A DNA stretch of 64,000 bases from Fibrobacteria bacterium (GCA_041746255.1 JBGTHM010000034.1:38056-102055), one strand, 5' to 3'. Shown: positions 46,123 to 55,798, counted from the first letter of the stretch. Numbers and translations are program-made. Notes: generated from the sequence alone by a model not told the origin.

Positions 46123-47436
46123 ATGTCCCGCATAGTATGCAAATTCGGCGGTACCAGTGTTGCCGACCATTCCCAGTTCCTGAAAACCCGGTCCATAGTC
46201 GCAGCCGATTCCCGCCGTCGGGTCATCGTGCCGTCCGCGCCGGGAAGGCGTCCGGGTCAGGAAACCAAAATCACCGACTTGTTCTACCTCTGCCATGAAA
46301 TGGCGGAAAAGAAATTGGAATTCGATACGCCTTTCACATTGATTCAAGAACGGTTCCTGGGAATCGAGCAGGACGCGGGCTTGGACATCGGCATGCAGGT
46401 CGAACTTCAAGTCGTTCGCCAACGCATCGAGGCCGGAGCTACGGCCGACTATGTCGCCTCACGCGGTGAATATTTATGCGGACTCTTGATGGCCGCCTTC
46501 TTCCAAGCCGAATTCGTCGATCCGGAAACCTGCATTTTTTTCGATAAAACCGGCAAGCTCGATCCGCGAACCTACGACGCCCTTCGGGACAAAATGTCCG
46601 ACCTTTCCAAGCGCTACATTTTGCCCGGCTTTTACGGCCAGGACGCCCATGGAAACGTCAAAACTTTTTCCCGCGGCGGTTCCGACATAACCGGCGCCAT
46701 CGCGGCCCGGGCTATCGGGGCCGAGCTCTATGAAAATTGGACCGACGTTTCCGGCCTGCTGATGGCCGATCCCCGCATCGTCGAAAACCCCGCACCTTTG
46801 GACGAAGTGAGTTATCGGGAAATTCGCGAGCTATCCTATATGGGCGCGAGCGTCTTCCACGACGAAGCCATCGCTCCGGTGCGCGAAGTCGGCATTCCCA
46901 TCAACATTCGCAATACCAACCTCCCCGACGATCCCGGCACGCGCATTGTCGCCAAGTTGCCGGACGACACCAAATACGACATCGCGGGAATCGCCGGCAA
47001 GAAGAATTTTTCCATGTTCAGCCTCGAAAAGAACATGATGAACAAGGAACTCGGCTTTGCCCGTCGTGTGCTCGGAGTTTTCGAAACGCGCAATGTCAAC
47101 ATCGAACATTGCCCCTCGAGTATCGACAGCATGAGCGTAGTGGTGTCCAGCGAGGAAATCGGCGACAAAGCCGACCTCATCCTCGAAGACTTGCAGCGCA
47201 TTCTGGAACCCGATCGCATCGACGTGGAACATGACCTCTCGCTTATCGCCACCGTAGGCGAGGGCTTGGCCCACCAGATAGGCATGGCCGCCAAGGTTTT
47301 CACCGCACTAGCCGAAGCCAAGGTGAACATTCGCATCATCGATCAGGGCGCATCAGAGCTCAACATCATCGTAGGGGTGAGCAACGGTCAATACGCTCCG
47401 GCCATTCGGGCGTTATACCGCGCCTTCATCAACTGA
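46123..47436 (+). CDS. lysC: Aspartate kinase
   Basis: KFGGTSVAD, PSAPG, SRGE, TFSRGGSDITG, WTDVSG..ADPR, ACT domains. Confidence 0.93.
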   Translation: MSRIVCKFGGTSVADHSQFLKTRSIVAADSRRRVIVPSAPGRRPGQETKITDLFYLCHEMAEKKLEFDTPFTLIQERFLGIEQDAGLDIGMQVELQVVRQRIEAGATADYVASRGEYLCGLLMAAFFQAEFVDPETCIFFDKTGKLDPRTYDALRDKMSDLSKRYILPGFYGQDAHGNVKTFSRGGSDITGAIAARAIGAELYENWTDVSGLLMADPRIVENPAPLDEVSYREIRELSYMGASVFHDEAIAPVREVGIPINIRNTNLPDDPGTRIVAKLPDDTKYDIAGIAGKKNFSMFSLEKNMMNKELGFARRVLGVFETRNVNIEHCPSSIDSMSVVVSSEEIGDKADLILEDLQRILEPDRIDVEHDLSLIATVGEGLAHQIGMAAKVFTALAEAKVNIRIIDQGASELNIIVGVSNGQYAPAIRALYRAFIN

Positions 47437-47523
47437 GTTTCCCGGTAAGGTGACGGTAAATCCCGAGGCGTGCGCTTTCCCCGCAGTGCGCCACTTATGC
47501 GGAATTTATTTTCAGAAAACCCC

Positions 47524-47554
47524 TTGACCCTCACGCAACGTCACCCCTTATCTT
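47524..47554 (+). promoter_or_regulatory. MerR-type promoter/operator with 19-bp spacer
   Basis: TTGACC-N19-TATCTT containing the imperfect dyad TCACGCAACGTCA, directly upstream of the MerR gene. Confidence 0.85.
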
Positions 47555-47576
47555 TTTTCAAGGAGGCGATGAAGCC

Positions 47577-48338
47577 ATGAAGGAATACTCGGTAAGGCAG
47601 CTCTCGCGTCTGGCGGGAGTCAGCGTTCGCACCTTGCACCATTACGACGATATCGGGCTGCTGCGGCCCGGTACACGGAGCGAGGCGGGCTATCGTTTTT
47701 ACGGACCCGGCGAATTGTTGCGCTTGCAGCAAATCCTTTTCTTCCGCGAACTGGATTTTCCGCTGCGGAAAATCCGCGAGGTTCTGGAAGATCCGGAATA
47801 TGATCCCGTTATCGTGTTGACGGATCATCGCAAGCTGCTGGAAGAGAAGCTGGGAAGGCTGCATCGGCTCCTTGACACCCTGGACAAAAGCGTTGTCCAA
47901 TACCAAGGAGGCATTATGTTGACGGATGAGGAATTATACGAGGGATTTTCGAAGGAGGAAATCGCATCCATGCGCGAGGAGGTGCGTGAAAAATACGATG
48001 CGAAGCTGGTGGCCGAAAGCGAGCGCCGGGCGCGCAAGATGTCGAAAGACGACTTGGACGCGGCGAAGCGTGAAGGCGATGAGGTTGCGCGGGATTTGGC
48101 GGCACTGATGGATAAAAATCCGGATGCAGCCGAAGTGCAGGCGGCGGTAACGCTCCACCATGCCTGGATACGCAACTTCTACGAACCCACCGAAGAGGTT
48201 TACCGGGGGCTTGGGCGTCTGTATGTCGAAGACGACCGGTTCCGGGCCTTCTATGAGCGGTTCGCTCCGGGTCTCGCGGATTTCCTGAATAAAGCCATCG
48301 AACATTATTGTGATGAAAACTTCGAAAAAAAAATCTAA
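47577..48338 (+). CDS. MerR family regulator with TipAS domain (TipA/Mta-like)
   Basis: GVSVRTLHHYDDIGLL, GYRFY, RLQQILFFRELDF, GLGRLYVEDDRF. Confidence 0.95.
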   Translation: MKEYSVRQLSRLAGVSVRTLHHYDDIGLLRPGTRSEAGYRFYGPGELLRLQQILFFRELDFPLRKIREVLEDPEYDPVIVLTDHRKLLEEKLGRLHRLLDTLDKSVVQYQGGIMLTDEELYEGFSKEEIASMREEVREKYDAKLVAESERRARKMSKDDLDAAKREGDEVARDLAALMDKNPDAAEVQAAVTLHHAWIRNFYEPTEEVYRGLGRLYVEDDRFRAFYERFAPGLADFLNKAIEHYCDENFEKKI

Positions 48339-48341
48339 GTC

Positions 48342-48374
48342 GGGGGCTGGCCGCAAGGCCGGCCCTCTGCTTTC
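48342..48374 (+). terminator. Hairpin after MerR gene, possible terminator
   Basis: GGGGCTGGCC-GCAA-GGCCGGCCCT stem-loop with only a short T tract. Confidence 0.45.
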
Positions 48375-48384
48375 GCAGCCGGTA

Positions 48385-48669
48385 TTGGCGTCGAGGCCGC
48401 AGCCGTGGTTTTTCTACGTGGTGCGCGCCGACGCCAAATGGCTGTATGCCGGGATTACCCTGGATGTCGAGCGCCGCTTCCGTGAACATGTTGAGGGTAC
48501 CGGTAAGGGTTCCAAATTTTTGAGGGCGCATTCCCGGCTGGAACTGGTTTTCCAATGCGAAGCGGGTGACAAGTCGTCGGCACTGAAGTTGGAATACCGT
48601 TTCAAGCGTTTGCCTAAAGCCGCCAAGGAGCGAGTGGTAAAAACAGGAAAGTTGGAATGGGATGATTAA
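48385..48669 (+). CDS. GIY-YIG nuclease family protein (YhbQ/UPF0213-like)
   Basis: WFFYVVR...LYAGITLDVERRFREH..G.GSKF...ALKLEYRFK; start uncertain. Confidence 0.88.
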   Translation: MASRPQPWFFYVVRADAKWLYAGITLDVERRFREHVEGTGKGSKFLRAHSRLELVFQCEAGDKSSALKLEYRFKRLPKAAKERVVKTGKLEWDD

Positions 48670-48683
48670 GGCTCAGGAACAGC

Positions 48684-48995
48684 GTGACGGTCCTTTCCGT
48701 TTTAATGGTTTCAGTATTTGCTTCATGTTTCTAGGGGACGGAAGATTCAATAACTCTTACTTTTCGTTCCCGCATTAGGTCAGACGGATCTTCCAGCCAA
48801 ATCACTTCGTTAAAATTGGCAATGGGCGAGATCGGTCAGCTGTTTAAAAATACAGTTACTTCAAAGGAACAGTGGAATCCCAATACAAAGGGTGCAGATG
48901 GTATAATTTGAAATAGTCTTGAAAAAGGACGCGGCTATCTGGCTGATACTAATGTTCTACATTTATACAAGCAAAAAATCCTATACGGAAGATAG
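48684..48995 (+). pseudogene. Possible degraded lipoprotein gene
   Basis: AGGA RBS then GTG, hydrophobic stretch with FASC lipobox-like motif, in-frame stops at 48732 and 48909; no family recognised. Confidence 0.25.
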
Positions 48996-49028
48996 GATAC
49001 CCTTAATTTTAATTAAAAGGAACAGGCC

Positions 49029-49691
49029 TTGAGAAATAATGTTGTTCGTATTTTGGCTGTCTTATCTTCGCTTTTACCATTACTTGCCAACGCGAAAGTT
49101 TCGTTCGAATTTGAAGTTCCATTTAACGGAAAAATCAAATACTCTGGCGATCAAAGCTTACTTCCAATCCAATATGAATTTGAGCCACGAGTTGGAATTA
49201 AAATGGGTCAGTTTTTTCAAACCGGGCTAATCTACTTAAGTCAAAGCGGTCAAACAGATGGTTGGAATATTATAGATAGGAGAAATGGCGCCGATACTGC
49301 AGGATTGCATCTGGAAAGTTCATTGTATAAGAAAAATACTTATAAAAGTGGATATGGAGTCTACCTACAGATAAATCTGCCAAATCAACTTGTTCTGAAA
49401 AGTATTTACCCCTTTCTTGGAGCGGAAATTTTTGGACAAATCACAACATCAGATATCCTGTTTTTTAACCAAACTCTAGACAAATTTGAAAAGTCTGAGG
49501 CCCCTCAATCAAACGCCGTCCTTCACGAGTTCAGGCAAACTAATTTTTTCGGATTCAAAGGTGATTTCCATGAGCACTTTGGATTGTTTGGCGTAATTAC
49601 TCTGGATTTAAGCTGGTATAATTTACTCGGAATATATAAATCCTCCTCAAGCGGTGTCGGCGCAAAATGGGGTATGTTAATTTCCATTTAG
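49029..49691 (+). CDS. AT-rich hypothetical exported protein, possible OM beta-barrel
   Basis: AAGGAA RBS, signal peptide ending ANA, amphipathic strands (YPFLGAE, KWGMLISI). Confidence 0.65.
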   Translation: MRNNVVRILAVLSSLLPLLANAKVSFEFEVPFNGKIKYSGDQSLLPIQYEFEPRVGIKMGQFFQTGLIYLSQSGQTDGWNIIDRRNGADTAGLHLESSLYKKNTYKSGYGVYLQINLPNQLVLKSIYPFLGAEIFGQITTSDILFFNQTLDKFEKSEAPQSNAVLHEFRQTNFFGFKGDFHEHFGLFGVITLDLSWYNLLGIYKSSSSGVGAKWGMLISI

Positions 49692-49816
49692 AAGAAGAAG
49701 TCGTATTCGGACGATTGCGTTTCCTCAATCCCGTTTTCGACCCGAAACGCGGCTTCCGGTAGCCTCATTTCCTGTAGCCTGAATATCCCAAAATGAAGAG
49801 TGTAGATGGTACGGGT

Positions 49817-50677
49817 TCAAAGAGGTGGCGAACCGAATTCCCCGGTACGCTTGAGCGGAGGCGTTGTCTCCGTTTTGTCCAAGTGGAAACCCGGCCGTTT
49901 GGCGCAGCGTAAGAAGATATAGTCGCGCATCGAAGGAAGTAATAAATGGGCTATGCGGTGGAACTCCGCGTGCTTTAGGTAGCGGGCCGTATTCCAAATC
50001 TTCAAGGGAAACGAAGTCGACGCTTCGAAATCGGTGATGCAATCCTCAACCACCACGCCCCCGCAGGTCTTTACCCATTCCCGGCATTCGGCCATCACAG
50101 GCTCGCGATGATGGGCATAGTAAACGTAGTCGGAATCCATATTATCTTGCGGGTTACTCCCGCGCAACAGGGCGATTCTCTTTTCAAAGTTCGCGAAATT
50201 CGGAACACATAACAGCAATTCTCCGCCGGGAGTCAGAAGTTGGAATAATCTCTTGAGCAGAAAATGAGGCGCAACGGGAAGATGTTCCAGAATCTGGTCA
50301 CAGAGGATGAGTTCGAAACCGTTTTCCTCGAAAGGAAGCCTATCGCGTAGGATTTCCAGGGCATGACCGGTTATCCCTTCTTCCCGAAAGCGTTCCGCCC
50401 ACTCGCTTTCCAATTCGTGGTAGGCGACCGTGACTTCGGAGCGGAACTCCCGTTTCAACAGGCTGGAAAGGATGGACGCCCCGATTTCCAGGGAGCGCGC
50501 TCCCGGCGATATGTCCGGAATCCGTTGTGTTAGCCACAGGTAACGGTTCCAATGCGCCGATATATACCGCTTTGCGGCTTCCGTATCGTGTTGGTGCCGG
50601 ATGGCGGCATAAGACGCCTCCAACATGCGGAGGGCGGTTTCGGGGGAACGAAGCGAAGGGATTTCGTGATTAGGCAT
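49817..50677 (-). CDS. Class I SAM-dependent methyltransferase
   Basis: SLEIGAS, LPFEENGFELILCDQILEHL, LTPGGELLLCVPN. Confidence 0.85.
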   Translation of the reverse strand: MPNHEIPSLRSPETALRMLEASYAAIRHQHDTEAAKRYISAHWNRYLWLTQRIPDISPGARSLEIGASILSSLLKREFRSEVTVAYHELESEWAERFREEGITGHALEILRDRLPFEENGFELILCDQILEHLPVAPHFLLKRLFQLLTPGGELLLCVPNFANFEKRIALLRGSNPQDNMDSDYVYYAHHREPVMAECREWVKTCGGVVVEDCITDFEASTSFPLKIWNTARYLKHAEFHRIAHLLLPSMRDYIFLRCAKRPGFHLDKTETTPPLKRTGEFGSPPL

Positions 50678-50847
50678 GATAAGACCGAAAAAACTCAAAG
50701 GGTACGGGCCCATTATAGGTTGCCTCGACCTATGCAGGCAAGGTGAAACGAAGGGTTACCCGGGAAGTTTTTTCCAGACCACAGCAATTCTTGCCTAAAG
50801 AATCCCCTCTCGGGGGCATGAGGGGGATGTATTCAAGCCGTTTGCGC

Positions 50848-50864
50848 TTGGCATGGCGATTGCG
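50848..50864 (+). promoter_or_regulatory. Sigma54 (-24/-12) promoter of the flgJ-flgN-flgK-flgL operon
   Basis: TTGGCATGGCGATTGCG (GG-N10-GC) ~40 bp upstream of ATG 50905. Confidence 0.7.
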
Positions 50865-50904
50865 TTATCCATACGAGTTGAAGAAGAACTTAAAGCAAAG
50901 CAGC

Positions 50905-51810
50905 ATGTCCATGAGCTCCTCCATCAACTCCTTCAATCCCGCCGCCGACCTGGGCGAGCGCCATGTCCGCTCCCAAATGGGAGAGGCGGTGCTGAAATCC
51001 GCTTCCGGTTTGCGCGGAGGCAAAAAGGACGATGAAGAGCTATGGAAAGTCAGCCAACAGTTCGAAGCCATGTTTTTGGGTCAGATGTATAAGGCGATGC
51101 GTAAGAACAGCGGTGCTTCCGAATATTCCCAACCTTCACCGGGAAGGGAAATTTTCACGGAAATGCTTGATCAGGAATATGCGCAAATGGGTCTGCGCTC
51201 GAAATTGAACCAGGGCGAAAGCGTACGTCAGGGCGCGCTCACGGGAATGACCAACAGTTTGGCGGCGCAAATCTACCGCTCGCTCAAGCGCGCCGGAGGT
51301 GAAATCGTTCCCGGAGGAATCTCCCAACCCGCAGGAACGTGGGAAGGCCTTGCCCCATCGCCCCGTCCCGTGGCGGTCGGACCTGCCGTTAAAATTTCTC
51401 CGGCCAAGCTGGCTCCCATCGTCGCAGGCGCTTCCAAGGCTTACGACGTCCCACAGAATTTGATAATGAGCGTCATCCGCCAGGAATCGGGATTCAATCC
51501 CGTGGCGGTATCCAAGGCGGGGGCCAAAGGCCTCATGCAAATCATGGACGGCACGGCCCGGGACTTGAACTTGCAAAACGTATGGGATCCGCGCCAAAAC
51601 GTGATGGCCGGCACCCGATATCTCCGCCAGATGCTGGATCGCTATGATGGAGATGAGCGCATGGCATTGGCGGGATATAACGCCGGACCGGGTAACGTGG
51701 ACAAGTACGGAGGCATACCGCCTTTTGCCGAAACGCTTAATTACGTGGACACGGTACTTACGATGAGGCAGAAACTCGATGAAAAATCAAGCCAAGGAGC
51801 AGGCGAATGA
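50905..51810 (+). CDS. flgJ: FlgJ-like rod-binding domain fused to SLT lytic transglycosylase
   Basis: LWKVSQQFEAMFLGQMYKAMR...FTEMLDQEYA rod-binding motif; QESGFNP, GAKGLMQIM, AGYNAGPG, PPFAET SLT motifs. Confidence 0.85.
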   Translation: MSMSSSINSFNPAADLGERHVRSQMGEAVLKSASGLRGGKKDDEELWKVSQQFEAMFLGQMYKAMRKNSGASEYSQPSPGREIFTEMLDQEYAQMGLRSKLNQGESVRQGALTGMTNSLAAQIYRSLKRAGGEIVPGGISQPAGTWEGLAPSPRPVAVGPAVKISPAKLAPIVAGASKAYDVPQNLIMSVIRQESGFNPVAVSKAGAKGLMQIMDGTARDLNLQNVWDPRQNVMAGTRYLRQMLDRYDGDERMALAGYNAGPGNVDKYGGIPPFAETLNYVDTVLTMRQKLDEKSSQGAGE

Positions 51811-52409
51811 ATGAGCAAGGATTGGCGAATCTTCGCGAAGAAATAGAGAACGACTCTGTACCCTCGCTCGAATGGGAGCAGCAGGCCTCCCACCTGATCG
51901 GAAACCTGGAAAAACAGTGTGAATGTTACGGCCGTTACCGGGAATTGACGGCGCAACAGCGGCTGGCCTTGATCCGCAACAATCTTGCCGAAAACCAGCA
52001 GGTGAACGAAGCGGCCGACGCGTTATGCGACGAGTTGACGCATCTTGAGCAGCAAAGGATTTCGCTGACCAATCGCATACTCGGGCGCGTCGAAATCCCG
52101 TTTTCCTCGCGTCCCCCGGCGCCCCCTGCCAAATGCGAGGATTTATATCCAATGCTTTCCGATGAAAAGGCGGATAAACTGCGCATGGCGCGCCAACAGC
52201 TGCAAACTTTGATTGCCGAACTTAAAAAAGACCTCGAGGTCAATGCCGCGCTCGCCGAAAATGCCAGGAAGATTATCCATACCACCATTGTGATTATGAC
52301 CAGCGTGGTGGAGCGGCCGGACGAAAAACGCATGGCAGTATACGGAAAACAGGGTATGGTCCGCTCATCCCAATCACAGGTACGTAGCCTGTATAGCAGG
52401 ACGGTGTAA
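51807..52409 (+). CDS. flgN: Flagellar export chaperone FlgN-like
   Basis: Helical protein (LEQQRISL, NAALAEN) between flgJ and flgK; called mainly from synteny. Confidence 0.7.
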   Translation: MNEQGLANLREEIENDSVPSLEWEQQASHLIGNLEKQCECYGRYRELTAQQRLALIRNNLAENQQVNEAADALCDELTHLEQQRISLTNRILGRVEIPFSSRPPAPPAKCEDLYPMLSDEKADKLRMARQQLQTLIAELKKDLEVNAALAENARKIIHTTIVIMTSVVERPDEKRMAVYGKQGMVRSSQSQVRSLYSRTV

Positions 52410-52410
52410 T

Positions 52411-54096
52411 ATGTCACTGTTCAGCGCCCTCAATACCGCCACCCGGGGCATGGCGGCCGCCCAAGCGGCGATACAGGTCACGGGTCAGAATATTTCCAAC
52501 GCCAATACCGAAGGGTATACCCGCAAACGCGTCGAACTCAGTCCCGACAGCCGTCGTGACGGAGTCTATGGCTCCATTGGCATGGGAGTCGAAATCACTT
52601 CCATCGCTCGCATACGCGACATTTACATCGACCAGCAAATCGCCGAACAGATTGGGGACAGGGGTAAGGCTCGCGTGATGGACGAGGCTATGGAAAAGCT
52701 GGAAGGGCTTTTTGCCGAACCTGGCGACGGCGGGTTCAACACGCATCTCAATAATTTCTGGAATGCCTGGCAGGATTTGGCCAATAATCCCTCCGATTTG
52801 GCGGCGCGCGGCGCCGTGCGGACCTCCGCCGAAGTCGTAACCGATATGTTCCATTCCGTGGCGCAAGATTTACGCATGTTTCGAGAGTCGCGCATGGAAG
52901 TACTCGACAGCAAGGTCCGGATTTTAAACGGCCTGATGCGCGACATCCACAACCTCAATACCGAAATCGCTTCGCAGGAAGCGGGTAACAGCCGGGGCGC
53001 GGCCAACGACACCCGCGATCAGCGCGATTTGATGGTGAGACAACTGGCGGAAATGGTGGACGTCAAATATTTCGAGGACGAGTTGGGACGGGTTACCATC
53101 ACCACGGCGGGATCGCTCCTGGTGGGGCCGACCAGCGCGGTGCAATTGGAACTCTACTCCTCGTCGAAGATGTTGCCGGACGGCAGTATGAGTCCGGTGA
53201 TCACGGAATTGAGATTCGCGGATTCCAAGAAAGTATTCACTCCGAACGGCGGGGAATTACGGGCAATCATGGACGTCAAAGACGTACTGGTCCCCAAATA
53301 TCAGAACTATCTCGACACGCTGGCGAAAACCCTGGTGACCGAGGTGAATGCCCTGCACAGTGAGGGGTATAATCTCAATCGTAGTACCGGAGTGTTTTTC
53401 TTCGATGTCTCCCAAACCACCGCCCAGGGCATCAAACTTTCTCCCTCCATTTTGAAAGATGTGAACAATATCGCCGCGGCTCCGGCGGGTAGGTCCTCTT
53501 TGCCCATCAACTTTCTGCCCGTAGGCGGAGTACCGGCCCTGGCCGATCCAGTGATCCGCTTGTCGAATATCAATCCGCTTTACCGGGACATCATTCCGGG
53601 GTCTTTGAACATCGAATGGAATGGACAATCGCTGCAGGAGGGGCCGGGCAAGGATTATGTGGTGGACTACCAATTAGGAACCATCCACTTCATCAATTAT
53701 GCGAAGTACGGTGCGGGAGACGCGCTGGACGTTACCCTGCGCCATCGCGAAGGCGGATACCCCGGAGACGGCGTGGGTTCCCTGGCCTTGGCCATCGCAC
53801 AGCTCAGGCAAACGCCTCTGCTCAAGCCCGACCCAACCGGAAAATCGACTCAAACCCTCGATCAATTTTACAGTTCGTTCGTAGGTGAACTGGGAATTGA
53901 AAGGCAGCAGGCAAAATCCACTTTCGATACCAAGAGTTTCCTTATCGCGCAGTTGGATAGCCGCCAACAATCGGTGGCGGGCGTATCGCTTGATGAGGAA
54001 ATGACCAACATGATCAAATTCGAGCACAGCTATCAAGCTTCCGCGCGTTTCATCAGCGTGATCAACAGCATGCTGGATACGCTGCTCAACATCTAG
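52411..54096 (+). CDS. flgK: Flagellar hook-associated protein 1
   Basis: GQNISNANTEGYTR, ANDTRDQRD, VAGVSLDEEMTNMIKFEHSYQASAR. Confidence 0.96.
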   Translation: MSLFSALNTATRGMAAAQAAIQVTGQNISNANTEGYTRKRVELSPDSRRDGVYGSIGMGVEITSIARIRDIYIDQQIAEQIGDRGKARVMDEAMEKLEGLFAEPGDGGFNTHLNNFWNAWQDLANNPSDLAARGAVRTSAEVVTDMFHSVAQDLRMFRESRMEVLDSKVRILNGLMRDIHNLNTEIASQEAGNSRGAANDTRDQRDLMVRQLAEMVDVKYFEDELGRVTITTAGSLLVGPTSAVQLELYSSSKMLPDGSMSPVITELRFADSKKVFTPNGGELRAIMDVKDVLVPKYQNYLDTLAKTLVTEVNALHSEGYNLNRSTGVFFFDVSQTTAQGIKLSPSILKDVNNIAAAPAGRSSLPINFLPVGGVPALADPVIRLSNINPLYRDIIPGSLNIEWNGQSLQEGPGKDYVVDYQLGTIHFINYAKYGAGDALDVTLRHREGGYPGDGVGSLALAIAQLRQTPLLKPDPTGKSTQTLDQFYSSFVGELGIERQQAKSTFDTKSFLIAQLDSRQQSVAGVSLDEEMTNMIKFEHSYQASARFISVINSMLDTLLNI

Positions 54097-54106
54097 GAGA
54101 ACGGCC

Positions 54107-55267
54107 ATGTCTACACGAGTTACCTTCAGTCAGATAACCACCAACGTCCAGAACGAGATAAACAAGAATTACGTTCGCCTCGACAAGTTACAGACTTCGC
54201 TGGCTTCGGGAAAACGCATCATGCGGCCGTCCGACGACCCGGTGGCGATTCTCAGCAGCCTGGCTATCCGTTCCGACATCTCGCAAATCGGGCAATTCAA
54301 ACGGAACATCGATGACGGCAAGGCCTTGATGGCCACCATCGACTCCACTTTGATGACGCAGAACAATCTTTTCCAGGCGGCGCGCGAGAAGGCCATCTAC
54401 GGAGCGAACGATACCCAGGGGGCGGAACAGCGCATTTATATCGGCCGGGAAGTCCGCGTCATGCTGGATCAAATGGTGGCCATGGCCAACACCAGCTTCA
54501 AGGGAGACTTCATTTTTGCCGGCGGCAATACACAGGTTGCTCCATATGAATTGAAGCCGGGCAGCCAAACCCTTACCACCGAACTTACCGTCGCTACGGT
54601 TGGCACGCCCATTCAAATCTGGGACACCAGCGTCACCGATTCGAATACCCCCTCGGGTTTTGCCAGGGCCTATCATATCATCCCCGGCAGCTTTGAAGTG
54701 GCTGGGTTTGTGGAAGGTACCGACTATACCGTCGATTACGTGAACGGAAGGATAACCTTCACGCCTCCGGGAACCGACGCTTTGACCCAAGCGGGCGGGG
54801 CCGGCATCGATCTTTCCTATGAGTGGATCCGCCGCAACGAGCTTGACCTGGATGCGAAGCTCCACCGCGAAGTGGATAAGGGCATCACCATGCAAATTAA
54901 CACCACCGCCTCGGATGTTTATGGAGGAGTCAATGACCAGACGACGTGGGAAGCCATGATCACGCTTCTGGATGGCCTGCATAACAACCAGTCCACCAAA
55001 ATGCTCGAAAGCATCGGCAAACTGGAAACGGGGTTCAACCGGAGCCTCGGCGCCCAGGCCACCAACGGCGCACGCATGAACCGTCTCGACTATACCGACG
55101 AACGGAATACCACGCGCACCGTGGACATGACGCGCCTCAAATCACAATTGGAAGACGTTGATTTCGCGGAGGCGATTTCGCAATTCTTGCTGCAGCAGTC
55201 CGTTTACGACGCTTCGCTCCGCACCGGCGCGCGCGCCATCCAGAATACCCTGGCTAATTTCCTCTGA
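54107..55267 (+). CDS. flgL: Flagellar hook-associated protein 3
   Basis: ASGKRIMRPSDDPV, ANT...FIFAG, GARMNRL, EDVDFAEAI. Confidence 0.95.
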   Translation: MSTRVTFSQITTNVQNEINKNYVRLDKLQTSLASGKRIMRPSDDPVAILSSLAIRSDISQIGQFKRNIDDGKALMATIDSTLMTQNNLFQAAREKAIYGANDTQGAEQRIYIGREVRVMLDQMVAMANTSFKGDFIFAGGNTQVAPYELKPGSQTLTTELTVATVGTPIQIWDTSVTDSNTPSGFARAYHIIPGSFEVAGFVEGTDYTVDYVNGRITFTPPGTDALTQAGGAGIDLSYEWIRRNELDLDAKLHREVDKGITMQINTTASDVYGGVNDQTTWEAMITLLDGLHNNQSTKMLESIGKLETGFNRSLGAQATNGARMNRLDYTDERNTTRTVDMTRLKSQLEDVDFAEAISQFLLQQSVYDASLRTGARAIQNTLANFL

Positions 55268-55275
55268 TAGCCGAG

Positions 55276-55728
55276 CTAAATATCCTCCCCCTCCGGAAGG
55301 TCCGCTTCGGTAATCGGGGGGATTTCGCGGGGCATTCCCCGCTCATGCAGGGCGAGTTTGGCCAGACGCAAGGCCTCCTGGTATTTCTCGTTTTTGGGGA
55401 AAAGTTTCAGCAGGCGTTCCTCAAGAATGACCTTGGCGGACTCGGGTTTATCCAGTTCATAGAGCAGGGTGGAGGTCACCTCCCACAAAGCGCTTTCATG
55501 CTCTGGGTTGAGGCCGATGGCGGATTCGAATTTCAATAACGCCTGTTCGGGTTCATCCATGGCCGAGAGGCAAAGGCCCCAGTAATAGTAACGGTCCGCG
55601 TCTTGTTGGGTACCGCCCAGGGTCTTTTTGATGTCGGCGACGCATGTTTCCAGGATTTCATAGGCTTCCGCGTCCTGGAAATCGGCCATCAAATCGTAGG
55701 CTTTTTTCAGGGTTTCTTCATATTCCAC
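55276..55728 (-). CDS. TPR repeat protein
   Basis: YYYWGLCLSAMDEPEQALLKFESAIGLNPEH. Confidence 0.8.
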   Translation of the reverse strand: MEYEETLKKAYDLMADFQDAEAYEILETCVADIKKTLGGTQQDADRYYYWGLCLSAMDEPEQALLKFESAIGLNPEHESALWEVTSTLLYELDKPESAKVILEERLLKLFPKNEKYQEALRLAKLALHERGMPREIPPITEADLPEGEDI

Positions 55729-55798
55729 GCTACTCTACTCCCCTGCGTCCGGATTTTTTAGTTTTACCAATCCAAAAGTAATTATTGAGGACCGCCAC

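Noticed and set aside
48385..48669. GIY-YIG gene as homing endonuclease or mobile element
   Set aside because: Size and motifs fit the stand-alone YhbQ-like family; no intron or element ends seen.
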